Counted from the first letter of the stretch, positions 40,881 to 50,274 are shown. The stretch: 64,000 bases of DNA from an uncultured Actinomycetota bacterium (GCA_963714455.1 CAVQON010000015.1:340694-404693), one strand, 5' to 3'. Notes: generated by a model not told the origin, from the sequence alone. Translations and numbers: made by a program.

Positions 40881-42299
40881 ATGTCTGTCCCGACCGTCGC
40901 CGTCATCGGAGCCGGAGCCGCCGGCCTCACCGCCATGAAGGCGTTGCTCGACGAGGGCGTCAACGTGACCGCCTTCGAGAAGGGCGACCGCGTGGGCGGC
41001 CTGTGGGTCAAGGACAACTCCAGCGGTCTCTCCCCGGCGTATGAGTCCCTGCACCTGAACACCAGCAAGGGCCGCACGCAGTTCGCCGACTACCCGATGC
41101 CCGCGGAGTGGGAGGACTACCCGGCCGCGACCAAGGTCGCCTCCTACCTGGCCGCCTACGCCGACGAGTTCGGCCTCACCGACCACATCCACTTCAGCAC
41201 GACCGTCGAGCGGGTCGAGAAGGTCGTCGACGCCGAGACCGGTAGCGAGCTGTGGGAGATCGAGTCGACCGACGCCACCGGAGCGGTGACCGTGCGCCAC
41301 GCTGATGCCGTCGTCGTGTCCAACGGTCACAACTGGGACCCGAAGTGGCCCTCCCCGCAGTACCCCGGCACCTTCACCGGCACCCAGATGCATGCGCACG
41401 ACTACCGCTCGTCGGAGGTCTTCCGTGGCAAGCGCGTGCTGGTCGTCGGCATGGGCAACTCCGCGATGGACATCGCCGTGGACGCCTCCTACGTCGGCCA
41501 CGACGTGCTGCTGTCGGCCCGGCACGGCTCCTGGATCGTCCCCAAGTACCTGTTCGGCCGCCCCGCAGACGCGACGGGGGCCGCGCTCACCGCCCTGCCG
41601 TGGCGCGTGCGCCAGCAGGTCGCGCAGCGGATGCTGACGCTGGCCGTCGGCGCCCCGCAGTCGTACGGGCTGCCCGAGCCGAGCCACGGCCTGTTCCAGA
41701 ACCACCCGACGATCAGCGACACCATCCTGCACCGCATCACCCACGGCGAGGTGCGTCCCGTCACCGGGATCGAGCGCTTCGACGGCGAGCGGGTCGTGTT
41801 CAGCGACGGCCGCGTCGAGGACGTGGACGTGATCGTGTGGGCCACCGGCTACCGGGTCACCATCCCGTTCCTGTCCGAGCACTACCTGGGCACCGACGCC
41901 GAGGCGATGCCGCTGTTCCACCGCGTGTTCCACCTGGACGACCCGAGCCTGATGTTCACCGGGCTCATGCAGTCGACCGGCGCAGCCCTGCCGGTGGTCG
42001 AGGCGCAGGGCAAGCTCGTCGCCGCCTGGGTGAGCGGGAGGTACTCCCTCCCGGCGCCGGACGCACAGCTCGAGGCCGTCCAGCGGGCGCTGGAGGCGGC
42101 CGTGGACCGCTGGGGGACCGCCAAGCGCCCCATGATGCGCATCGACTTCGACGCCTACCTGGCCGACACGACCCGCGAGATCGCTCGTGGCCGCACCCGC
42201 GCGCGCCGCGGCGGCGACCGGTTCACCGGCTCGGGACTGGCCACGGCTGCGTCGGCGTCCGTGAGCGCCCAGCCCGCGCTCAGCGCGGCTCGGGCCTGA
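40881..42299 (+). CDS. flavin-containing monooxygenase (class B, FMO type)
   Basis: ATG 40881 after GAGGAG. FAD fold VIGAGAAGL, FMO motif FTGTQMHAHDY (FxGxxxHxxxY), NADPH fold VVGMGNSAMD. Confidence 0.8.
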   Translation: MSVPTVAVIGAGAAGLTAMKALLDEGVNVTAFEKGDRVGGLWVKDNSSGLSPAYESLHLNTSKGRTQFADYPMPAEWEDYPAATKVASYLAAYADEFGLTDHIHFSTTVERVEKVVDAETGSELWEIESTDATGAVTVRHADAVVVSNGHNWDPKWPSPQYPGTFTGTQMHAHDYRSSEVFRGKRVLVVGMGNSAMDIAVDASYVGHDVLLSARHGSWIVPKYLFGRPADATGAALTALPWRVRQQVAQRMLTLAVGAPQSYGLPEPSHGLFQNHPTISDTILHRITHGEVRPVTGIERFDGERVVFSDGRVEDVDVIVWATGYRVTIPFLSEHYLGTDAEAMPLFHRVFHLDDPSLMFTGLMQSTGAALPVVEAQGKLVAAWVSGRYSLPAPDAQLEAVQRALEAAVDRWGTAKRPMMRIDFDAYLADTTREIARGRTRARRGGDRFTGSGLATAASASVSAQPALSAARA

Positions 42300-42326
42300 G
42301 ATAGCGTCAGGCACGAGGAGCTCACC

Positions 42327-43226
42327 ATGGTTGTTCGGCTGCCCGTCACCCTTCCGCCGGTCGTGCGCGACCTCGTGCCCGGGGTGATCTCCGGCCCCGA
42401 CGTCGATGCGCGCGGCCTGCGGGTTCTTGTCACCGGAGCCAGCGGCACGTTCGGCCGCGAGGTCGCCCGGGCCCTGACCGAGCGGGGCGCCCGTGTCGTG
42501 GGGCTCGACGTCGCTCCCCGTGCCGACGATGCCATCGACGTGATCGCGTGCGACATCACCGACGACGACAGCGTCGTGGCGGGCGTGGCGCAGGCCGTGG
42601 ATCTGCTCGGCGGCCTGGACGTCCTCATCAACAACGCGGGCATCGGCGGCCCGGCACCGGCCGAGCTCGCCCCCGGCGCCGAGGTGTACCGGCAGCTGGA
42701 GATCAACCTGCTGGGCGCGTGGCGGGTCACCGCGGCCGCCACGAGTGCACTCGTCGCCGCCCGTGGGCGCGTGGTCGTCGTGGCCTCGCGTGCTGCCGTC
42801 TTCCAGCTGCCGATCGCCGCGGCCTACGGGGTCAGCAAGCGCGGCGTCGTCGCCTACGCCGACGCGCTGCGCCTCGAGCTGGCGCCGCACGTGGGCGTCT
42901 CCACGGTCTACCCGTCGATGGTGCGCAGCCCCATCCACGACTCGACGAAGCAGGCCGGGCTGTCGTTGGAGGGGGTCTCGCACTTCGAGTCCCTCGAGGG
43001 GGTCGTCGAGGCCGTCCTGGCGGCGAGCCTGGCGCGCACCGCGCCGCGTGACGTCGCGACCAGCACTCGCGGCATCGCGGAGTTCCTTCTCGCCCGGCAC
43101 CTGCCGTCCCTGCTGGACCTGGTCGTGACGCGCACCGTGGCGAGCCGGCTCGACTCCGGCGCCTTCGACGACGCGGCGCTGGCCGCGGGCATGGTGGAGC
43201 GACATCGGGGCTCACCTGCGGCCTGA
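42327..43226 (+). CDS. SDR family oxidoreductase
   Basis: VTGASGTFGREVA cofactor motif, NNAG, and catalytic YGVSK. RBS GAGGAG. Confidence 0.8.
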   Translation: MVVRLPVTLPPVVRDLVPGVISGPDVDARGLRVLVTGASGTFGREVARALTERGARVVGLDVAPRADDAIDVIACDITDDDSVVAGVAQAVDLLGGLDVLINNAGIGGPAPAELAPGAEVYRQLEINLLGAWRVTAAATSALVAARGRVVVVASRAAVFQLPIAAAYGVSKRGVVAYADALRLELAPHVGVSTVYPSMVRSPIHDSTKQAGLSLEGVSHFESLEGVVEAVLAASLARTAPRDVATSTRGIAEFLLARHLPSLLDLVVTRTVASRLDSGAFDDAALAAGMVERHRGSPAA

Positions 43227-43238
43227 GCTGCCGCTGAG

Positions 43239-43270
43239 GGCGCCCGCGGCGTGAGCCGCGTCCGGGCGCC
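43239..43270 (+). terminator. interrupted 12-bp GC hairpin after the SDR gene (terminator candidate, no U-tract)
   Basis: GGCGCC-CGCGGC-GTGA-GCCGCG-tccg-GGCGCC read directly, 13 nt after the stop. Confidence 0.35.
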
Positions 43271-43311
43271 ACCCTCCCCCGCCCGTTCCCCGTTCCTGCT
43301 CGGAGCACCCC

Positions 43312-44019
43312 GTGGAGTACTCGATCGTCGCCGTGGTGGCGCTGGCCGCTGTGATGGCCGGCGGCTTCGCCCAGTCGGTCACCGGCATGGGCTTCTCGCT
43401 CATCGCCGCCCCCGCCCTGATCGCTCTGCTGGGCCCTCGCGAGGGGGTGGCCACGGTCGTGCTGCTGGGCACTCTCACCGCCCTGGTGCCCCTGCTGCGC
43501 ACCTGGCGCGAGGTGCGGGTGCGCCACACCGCACTCGGGCTCGTGCCCGCGCTTCTCGCAACCCCGGTGATCGCGTACGCGATCCGCGGTCTCGACCGGC
43601 ACCTGCTGGCCGTTCTCGCCGGGTCGGCGATCGTGCTGGCTGTCGCGGCGCTGGCGCTCGGCCTGCGCTCGAACCGGTTTCGCGGGCCTCGCGCAGCGGT
43701 CGGGGCCGGGGTGGCCAGTGCTGCGCTCAACGTCGTCGGCGGTGTGGGGGGACCACCCGTAGGCCTCTACGTCGCCAACGCCGGCTGGGAGGGCCGGGTC
43801 AGCCGGCCGAGCATGCAGGCGTTCTTCGTGGTGCAGGGTGTTGCCACCGTCGCCGCTCTCGGGCTGGTCGCCCCGGCCTGGCCGCTGCTGCTGGCCTCAC
43901 TGGCCGGGACGGTGACCGGCACCGTCATCGCCGAGCGTGTGCCGAACGCGGTCGCCCGGTTCGGTGTTCTCGGTGCAGCCGGCGGCGGCGGCCTGATTCT
44001 GGTGCTCGCCAACGTCTGA
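43312..44019 (+). CDS. TauE/SafE (TSUP) family anion exporter
   Basis: 235 aa with 7-8 TM segments. Repeated GxGGG-type motif (VVGGVGGPPVG) typical of TSUP/TauE proteins. Confidence 0.75.
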   Translation: MEYSIVAVVALAAVMAGGFAQSVTGMGFSLIAAPALIALLGPREGVATVVLLGTLTALVPLLRTWREVRVRHTALGLVPALLATPVIAYAIRGLDRHLLAVLAGSAIVLAVAALALGLRSNRFRGPRAAVGAGVASAALNVVGGVGGPPVGLYVANAGWEGRVSRPSMQAFFVVQGVATVAALGLVAPAWPLLLASLAGTVTGTVIAERVPNAVARFGVLGAAGGGGLILVLANV

Positions 44020-44049
44020 GGCGGGCCGAGACCGACGCTGGGCTCGGCG

Positions 44050-44835
44050 TCACGGCAGAGCCGCGCCCGACTCCAGGTCGTCACGCAGGTCGGCGACGAA
44101 CCTCGCCAACGGCGCGCCGTCCACGACGTCGTGGTCGGCCACCAGCGCGATCGACAAGAACTGGCGTCGCACGAGCGCGCCGTGCCGGTCGAACGCCGGC
44201 CGCTCCTCCAGGCCGCCGACCAGCACGTCGAGGGTGTGCACGAGGAAGGGCAGGCCGAGGCCGCCACCCTGGCCGAACATGCCCACGGACGTGACTCCGA
44301 CGGTGCCGACGAGTCGACGCTGCAGGTCGGGGACGCGGTGCATGGTGCCGAGCATCCGGGCGCGTACCGGGCGCGGCAGCACCAGGAACCATCGGGCCCT
44401 CTCGGCCAAGCGCGTCGTCTGGCTGCTGTGCGGCGTCGACTTGACCGCGTGCAGCTCGTCGGTCAGCTGCGCCACCGAGGCAGCCTGGGCGGAGCGCAGG
44501 ACGTGGTTCATGGGAAACGGCTGACCGTCGATGAGTACCTCGACCGACACGGTCACGTCCACGGAGTCGAACGTCACGACCCGGCCGCGCAGGTCGCGCA
44601 GCGCGTGCACGCGAGGGTGACGCGCCACCGTGCGGGCGAGCGTCGCCACGACGTAGGTGGTCACGGTGCCGCGGCTCTCCGGGCTGCTCGCGCCGTCCGG
44701 GCCGTGCAGGCGGGGCAGGACGTCGGTGACGTCGGCGCTGAACCAGGCGGGGATCGCGTGCCGCCGGTTCGCCGCCGCCCCGATGTCGACGACGAAGGCG
44801 CGTGCTGCGGAGTCCCGAGAGACGTCTGCGCCCAC
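44050..44835 (-). CDS. stand-alone 2-oxoacid dehydrogenase E2-type acyltransferase catalytic domain protein
   Basis: 261 aa from GTG 44833-44835. C-terminal LSIALVADHDVVDGAPLARFVADLRDDLE matches the E2 DHRxxDG catalytic motif region. No lipoyl or subunit-binding domain. Confidence 0.6.
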   Translation of the reverse strand: MGADVSRDSAARAFVVDIGAAANRRHAIPAWFSADVTDVLPRLHGPDGASSPESRGTVTTYVVATLARTVARHPRVHALRDLRGRVVTFDSVDVTVSVEVLIDGQPFPMNHVLRSAQAASVAQLTDELHAVKSTPHSSQTTRLAERARWFLVLPRPVRARMLGTMHRVPDLQRRLVGTVGVTSVGMFGQGGGLGLPFLVHTLDVLVGGLEERPAFDRHGALVRRQFLSIALVADHDVVDGAPLARFVADLRDDLESGAALP

Positions 44836-44836
44836 C

Positions 44837-45616
44837 TCACGGCCCGCCGAGCACACGCCGTCGCATGGTGCGCGAGTAGGCGCTCGGCGCGACCCGGGAC
44901 AGCCCGTAGGCCAGCCGCGCCGTGCGGGACGGCAGCACGAGCGAGCGTCGTCGGGCCATGCCGTCCACGATCGCTTCCGCGACCTGCGCCGGTCCGAGCA
45001 CCTCGCCGGTGGTGGACCAGTCTCCGCCCGACCCGCCGGCACGAAACGTGGCCCGCTGCTCGATGCCGGTGGCCACGAACGACGGCGCGACGATCGTCAC
45101 CGACACCCCGTGCTCGGCCAGCTCAGCCCGCAGGCTCTCGAAGTAGCCGTGCACCCCGTGCTTGGACGCCGAGTAGGCCGTGCGGTGCACCAGTGGCGCG
45201 AAGCCCGACACCGAGCTCAGCACGGCGATGCGCCCGCGACGCTGCACCAGGCCGGGCAGCGCGGCCTGCGTCACGACGATGGCGCCGCGCAGGTTGACCG
45301 ACAGCACGCGGTCCACGGCGCTCATGGGCGTGTCGAGCGCCGGACCCAGGGACGTGACGCCGTGGCTGAGGACGAGTCCGTCGAGGGGACCGAGCTCGGC
45401 CACGACCGCGGCGACGCCGTCGTCGTCGGTCACGTCGAGGGCGACGACCTGGCTGGCTGCGACGTCCTCGAGCTGGGCCGGGTCGAGGTCGGCCGCGACG
45501 ACGTGCGCGCCGGCGGCGTGCAGCGCCGCGCAGGTGTCGCGTCCGATGCCGCCCGCCGCCCCGGTGACGAGAACCCGGGCGCCGCGCAGGTCGTCGGCGG
45601 GCCGGCGCTTGGTCAC
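44837..45616 (-). CDS. SDR family oxidoreductase
   Basis: GTG 45614-45616 overlaps the symporter stop (GTGA). VTGAAGGIGRD and YSASKHG motifs. Only the last third of track ORF 44837..47275 is real. Confidence 0.8.
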   Translation of the reverse strand: MTKRRPADDLRGARVLVTGAAGGIGRDTCAALHAAGAHVVAADLDPAQLEDVAASQVVALDVTDDDGVAAVVAELGPLDGLVLSHGVTSLGPALDTPMSAVDRVLSVNLRGAIVVTQAALPGLVQRRGRIAVLSSVSGFAPLVHRTAYSASKHGVHGYFESLRAELAEHGVSVTIVAPSFVATGIEQRATFRAGGSGGDWSTTGEVLGPAQVAEAIVDGMARRRSLVLPSRTARLAYGLSRVAPSAYSRTMRRRVLGGP

Positions 45617-46545
45617 GCCGCCTCGCCGGCGCGCTCGAGCGACGGCACCGACGTGGGGCGCCGCGACCAGAACGTGCCGAGGCTCAGCCCCGCGATCAGG
45701 TGCCACACACCCCACCAGGCGGCGATGACGGCCATGCCGCCGAGGCCGTCGAAGAACGTGAACACGATCACGAGGGCCAGCGCCGAGTTCTGGATGCCCA
45801 CCTCCATCGTGATCGCGCGCCGGTCGTACTCCGGCAGCCGGGCTGCGGTGGCCGAGAAGTAGCCGAGTGCGAGGGCGACCGCGTTCTGCACGGCGACGAC
45901 GACCGCGAAGATGCCGATGAACTCGAGGAAGAACGACCAGTTGCCGATCAGCGCGAACAGGATGAACGAGAAGAAGGCCGTCAGCGCGAAGTAGCGCATC
46001 GGACGACGCATCCGGTCGGCGAGCTCCGGCCGCTTGGCCCGTGTCAGCATGCCCAGGGCGAGCGGGAGCCCGAGGATGAGCAGGATCGTCACCATCAGGT
46101 CCCACGGGTCGAGCGAGACGTCGGTGAGGATGTCGGCGGCACCCGGCGTCCGCGACCCCCAGAACTGCAGGTTGAACGGCGTCATGACGATGGCCAGCAG
46201 CGTCGAGACGGCCGTCATGCTCACGCTCAGCGCGGCGTTGCCACGGGCGTAGGAGCTGAGGAAGTTCGAGAAGTTGCCGCCCGGGCAGGCGGCCACCAAG
46301 ATCATGCCGAGGGCGACGGACGGTGCCGGGTCGAGCACGCCCACCAGCAGGAACGTCACGAACGGCAGCAGCAGGAACTGTGCGGTGAGGCCGATCGCCG
46401 GGCCACGCGGGTCGCGGAGGATGCGGCGGAAGTCCTCGACTCGGATGTCGAGGGCCACGCCGAACATGATGAACCCGATGAGCACGTTGAGGATCGTCAG
46501 CGTGGTGGGGTTGAAGTTGAGGACAGCGGCGTCGACCGGGTCCAT
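45613..46545 (-). CDS. bile acid:sodium symporter (BASS/SBF) family transporter
   Basis: 310 aa with about 9-10 TM segments. LGMILVAACPGGNFSN is typical of SBF-family proteins. Confidence 0.8.
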   Translation of the reverse strand: MDPVDAAVLNFNPTTLTILNVLIGFIMFGVALDIRVEDFRRILRDPRGPAIGLTAQFLLLPFVTFLLVGVLDPAPSVALGMILVAACPGGNFSNFLSSYARGNAALSVSMTAVSTLLAIVMTPFNLQFWGSRTPGAADILTDVSLDPWDLMVTILLILGLPLALGMLTRAKRPELADRMRRPMRYFALTAFFSFILFALIGNWSFFLEFIGIFAVVVAVQNAVALALGYFSATAARLPEYDRRAITMEVGIQNSALALVIVFTFFDGLGGMAVIAAWWGVWHLIAGLSLGTFWSRRPTSVPSLERAGEAA

Positions 46546-46615
46546 CGTGTCCTCCCTGAACGGCGTCGTGCGGCCTTGTGGACACTAGCGAGGCGACCTG
46601 CGGTTGGATGGCGCC

Positions 46616-48391
46616 ATGACGGTCACCGGTGGAGAACGTATTGCACGCATGCTGGCCGCCGAGGGTGTCGAGGTGGTCTTCGGCATCATCGACGGCACCT
46701 ACTTCGGCCTGTACGGGCACCTGAAAGACCACGGCATCCGGCTCGTCACGCCCCGGCACGAGACGTCGGCGCTGCACATGGCGGGCGCCTACGCCCGCAT
46801 GACCGGCCGGCTCGGGGTGGCCATCGCCAGCAACGGGCCGGGCGTGGCCAACGCGCTGCCCGGCGTGGCCGTGGAGAACGGCGAGGGCAACCGCGTGCTG
46901 CTGATCACGAGCTGGCGCCGCCACCAGATCGTCGGCCCCGACCGCGGCGGCACGTACCAGTACTTCGACCAGCCGGCCGTGATCAAGCCCATGTCGAAGT
47001 GGAGCGGCGCCGTCCCCTCCTTCGACCGCATCGGTGAGCTGATGCACCGCGCACTGCGGCTCAGCTGGCGGGGGCGTCCGGGTGTGGTGCACCTGACCGT
47101 GCCCGAGGACATCATGAACGGTGAGTTCGACGAGCCGGCCCTGCCGGACGTCGCGCCGGAGCGCTACCGACGCACGGTGCCGGTGGAGCCGCCGGCCGAG
47201 CTCGTGGACGCGGCCGCCCGGATGCTGGTCGAGGCCGACGCCCCGCTCGTCCACGCCGGGAGCGGCGTGCTGCACTCCCTGGCCACCGACGAGCTACGCG
47301 CCGTCGCCGCGCTGCTCAGCGCCCCGGTGACCACCAGCTGGTCAGGCCGCGACGTGCTCGACGAGCGTCTCGACATGAGCGTGCCGATGATCTACCCACA
47401 GCTCGTCGACGCGGTGCGCAACGACGCCGACGTCGTGCTCGCCGTCGGCACCCGGTTCGCCGAGACCGACTGGTGGGGCAAGGCCCCGCACTGGCGCCGT
47501 CCCGGCGATCAGAAGGTCGTGCAGGTCGACAGCGACGACGAGCTGCTCGGCGTGAACAAGCCGGTGGACGTCGCGGTGCTCGCCGACGCCCGGGTGTTTC
47601 TGGCCCGGCTGGCCGAGCGTCTGCGCGCCGACGACATGGCCGGCGCGCTCGACGCCGGCCGGGCGGCGCGGCAGGAGCGGCTGGCCGGCTACGTCGCCAC
47701 GCGGGATGAAACCAGGGGGATGCTGGACGGGGTGCTCGCGTCGGCCGGCGACCCGCTGCACACCGCACACCTGCCCGCGCTCATGCAGCGGGTGCTGCCC
47801 GACGACACGGTGATGGTGCTCGACGGAGGCACGACGCCGGTGTGGGGCGCGCTCTACCACGAGGTGCGCCGACCGCACAGCGTGCTGAGCACGCTGGGCA
47901 AGTTCGGCATGCTCGGCGCCGGCGTCCCGCAGGCCCTCGGCGCGAAGACGGCCGAGCCGGACCGCTTCGTGGCCTGCCTCACCGGGGACGGCGCCTTCGG
48001 CTTCCACCCGCAGGAGATCGAGACCGCCGTGCGGGCCGGGCTGCCGATCCTCGTCGTGGTGGCGGTCGACCTGGCGTGGGGCATGGTCAAGACCACGCAG
48101 GAGATGACGATCGACTCCGAGCGGCTGTTCGCCGAGGGCGGGCTGCCCGACGAGATGCACATCAACACCGACTTCTCCCCTATCCGCTACGACCTGATGG
48201 CCGAGTCCATGGGAGCGCGCGGGCTGCGCGTGTCGGCGTCCGACGTGCTGGAGGACACGCTGGCTCAGGCGCGCGACCTGGTGCTGGAGGGCCACCCGGT
48301 GGTCGTGCACGTCGACGTCGACAAGGTGGCGCACAAGTTCGCGCCGATCCTGCTCACGTTCAAGGAGATGCACCAGGAGCCGGCGGGCTGA
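46616..48391 (+). CDS. thiamine-pyrophosphate-dependent enzyme (acetolactate synthase-like superfamily), specificity unknown
   Basis: N-terminal GGERIARMLAAEGVEVVFGI...HETSALHMAGAYARMTG. TPP motif CLTGDGAFGF...VVVAVDLAWG. ATG 46616 is preferred over TTG 46604. Confidence 0.85.
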   Translation: MTVTGGERIARMLAAEGVEVVFGIIDGTYFGLYGHLKDHGIRLVTPRHETSALHMAGAYARMTGRLGVAIASNGPGVANALPGVAVENGEGNRVLLITSWRRHQIVGPDRGGTYQYFDQPAVIKPMSKWSGAVPSFDRIGELMHRALRLSWRGRPGVVHLTVPEDIMNGEFDEPALPDVAPERYRRTVPVEPPAELVDAAARMLVEADAPLVHAGSGVLHSLATDELRAVAALLSAPVTTSWSGRDVLDERLDMSVPMIYPQLVDAVRNDADVVLAVGTRFAETDWWGKAPHWRRPGDQKVVQVDSDDELLGVNKPVDVAVLADARVFLARLAERLRADDMAGALDAGRAARQERLAGYVATRDETRGMLDGVLASAGDPLHTAHLPALMQRVLPDDTVMVLDGGTTPVWGALYHEVRRPHSVLSTLGKFGMLGAGVPQALGAKTAEPDRFVACLTGDGAFGFHPQEIETAVRAGLPILVVVAVDLAWGMVKTTQEMTIDSERLFAEGGLPDEMHINTDFSPIRYDLMAESMGARGLRVSASDVLEDTLAQARDLVLEGHPVVVHVDVDKVAHKFAPILLTFKEMHQEPAG

Positions 48392-49394
48392 CCCCGGCCG
48401 GCGTCGAGCGCAGCGCCGCCCGGTACTCCTCGAAGTCCCAGCCCGCCAGGAACGTCTCAGCGGTGCTGCGGCCGGACTCGAACAACCGGTCGGCGTCGGA
48501 CGGTGACAGGTCGAAGTCGGTGGCGTTGATGCCGAACGTGTCGACGAACATCGTGCGGCTGATGGTCGCCGGGTCGTCGATGTGCATGCCGTCGTAGAAC
48601 TCGCGCATCGTCGCGATCATGTCCAGCGCAAGCCGCAGCGGCGACTGGGCCGGCTTCGGCAGCCGGTCCGCGCTCGCCCGGTTCGAGAGCTTGATGCCGA
48701 ACGTCGGCCACCGCGGCGGACGCCCGTCCGCACGGTCGAAGCAGGCGACCGGGAAGTTCGACAGCATGCCGCCGTCCACCAGGGTCGACGTCAGGTCGGT
48801 GTGCGTACCGCCGGAGCTGCGCCGGTAGTCGATCGTGGCCGGCTCGAAGAAGAACGGGATCGACATCGACGCGCGCACGGCCGACACGACCGACTGCGCG
48901 TCCGGGTCCAGGCCGTAGACACGCTCGTAGTCCCACGGCAGCCGCACGAGTCGGCGCAGCGACACGTCCGAGACCATCACCACGAGCTTGTAGCGCTGCT
49001 CGGGCGCCAGCGTGCTGTCCGGGTCGGGGGGCAGACGCAGGCCGGCGAACGTCTCGGCAACGTCGGGAAGCATCTCGGCCAAGAAGCGTTCGAAGTACTC
49101 GCCCTCGTAGATGCCCTCCTGGAACGCGATCGACAGCGCCTTGCCGAGCACCGGGATGCGGTCGACCCACGCGGTGTCGCGGAACTTGTCGTAGTCGGTG
49201 GCCTTCATCACCTCGTACATGCGCTCTGCGCTCATGCCGGCCGCGGTCAGCGCGCCCACGATGGAGCCCGCCGACGTCCCCCCGACGCGCGGGAACTCGT
49301 ACCCACGCTCCTTCAGCACACTGACGGCGCCGGCCAGGGCGATGCCCTTGACGCCGCCCCCTTCGAGAACGAGGTCTGCCTTGAGCTGTGCCAT
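48360..49394 (-). CDS. patatin-like phospholipase family protein
   Basis: 344 aa from ATG 49392-49394. Oxyanion GGGVKG, nucleophile GTSAGS, catalytic Asp in VDGGMLSNFP. Confidence 0.85.
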   Translation of the reverse strand: MAQLKADLVLEGGGVKGIALAGAVSVLKERGYEFPRVGGTSAGSIVGALTAAGMSAERMYEVMKATDYDKFRDTAWVDRIPVLGKALSIAFQEGIYEGEYFERFLAEMLPDVAETFAGLRLPPDPDSTLAPEQRYKLVVMVSDVSLRRLVRLPWDYERVYGLDPDAQSVVSAVRASMSIPFFFEPATIDYRRSSGGTHTDLTSTLVDGGMLSNFPVACFDRADGRPPRWPTFGIKLSNRASADRLPKPAQSPLRLALDMIATMREFYDGMHIDDPATISRTMFVDTFGINATDFDLSPSDADRLFESGRSTAETFLAGWDFEEYRAALRSTPAGVSPPAPGASP

Positions 49395-49495
49395 GGCCCG
49401 TCCCATCGTCGGCCCCCGTCGGCCCCCGCGTCGGAGGCCCGCAGCTACCGTAGGACCGCGCACCCCTGGCCGGGAAGAGGCTGACCCGGCAGGCT

Positions 49496-50161
49496 GTGGT
49501 CGTGGACGCCTACACCCGCACCCGCGTCAGCCTGCACGCAGTGGCCGAGGGGGTCCTCGCCGGCCCGCAGCACGAGCGAAGCTCCACGATCCGGCTGCGT
49601 GCGCTGCAAGGCGGGTTCGCCACGGTCGCCGAGCCGTCGCTGCGCGTCGCCGGCACCGAGGTGGTCACCGCGGCCGGTGACCGCGTCGCGCTGACCGGCA
49701 CGTTCGCGGACGTCGCTGTCGCAGCCGGAGTGACCTACACCGTTCCCGCCCTGTACGGCGACCACGCCCCCGTCGGCCCTACCGACGAGGTCGTCGTCGA
49801 TGCCGTCTCGGCAGCCCGTATCGCGTCGTGGTTCGACCGCGGGCGCCAGGCCCTGCTCGCCGTGGCCCCGGCGCAGACGCCGGTGCTCTGGCCCGAGCAC
49901 TTCGACCTGGCCGTGACCGTCGAGCAGGTCAACCTGGGTGTCTCGCCGGGCGACGGCTACCACGCCGAGCCGTACGCGTACGTGGGCCCCTGGGACTACG
50001 ACGCATCCCTGCCCGGCTACGCCGCGGCCACGATGTTCAACGCACCGTTCGGGGCGGTGCGCAGCATGCAGGAGTGCCCGGACGTGGACTCGATGGTGCG
50101 GTTCTTCGCCGCGGGCCGCTCCGCCGTGGCCCGTGCCCGCCGAGCCGCAGAGACGACCTGA
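49496..50161 (+). CDS. hypothetical protein
   Basis: 221 aa with uniformly high GC3. No motif I can name (contains LWPEHFDLAV, PYAYVGPW). Confidence 0.6.
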   Translation: MVVDAYTRTRVSLHAVAEGVLAGPQHERSSTIRLRALQGGFATVAEPSLRVAGTEVVTAAGDRVALTGTFADVAVAAGVTYTVPALYGDHAPVGPTDEVVVDAVSAARIASWFDRGRQALLAVAPAQTPVLWPEHFDLAVTVEQVNLGVSPGDGYHAEPYAYVGPWDYDASLPGYAAATMFNAPFGAVRSMQECPDVDSMVRFFAAGRSAVARARRAAETT

Positions 50162-50274
50162 GACTCCGCGTCCCACTCCCGCTGGACGCGCCGCGGCACT
50201 AATGTGGGACTTCGTCCGCCGGCCGCTTCTGCAGGTGCGCCGCGATCATCGAGCATGACGAGAGGTGCTGTCGC

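Noticed and set aside
40767-43205. 812-aa ORF antisense to the FMO and SDR genes
   Set aside because: Same high-GC shadow-ORF pattern. The sense-strand genes have clear cofactor motifs and Shine-Dalgarno sequences.
45617-47275. Upstream two-thirds of track ORF 44837..47275 (812 aa)
   Set aside because: Only the last 259 codons form an SDR, beginning at GTG 45616. The rest reads out of frame through the BASS gene and antisense to the TPP enzyme.
43312-48391. TauE plus TPP enzyme as a sulfoacetaldehyde acetyltransferase (Xsc)-type desulfonation locus
   Set aside because: The two genes are separated by an opposite-strand operon, no pta or other taurine/isethionate genes are present, and the TPP enzyme N-terminus does not look specifically Xsc-like to me. 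A search or phylogeny would be needed to decide.
48360-49394. Patatin gene as a CBASS (CapV-like) defence effector
   Set aside because: No cyclic-oligonucleotide synthase, other defence genes or mobile elements are adjacent, and the neighbours are metabolic.
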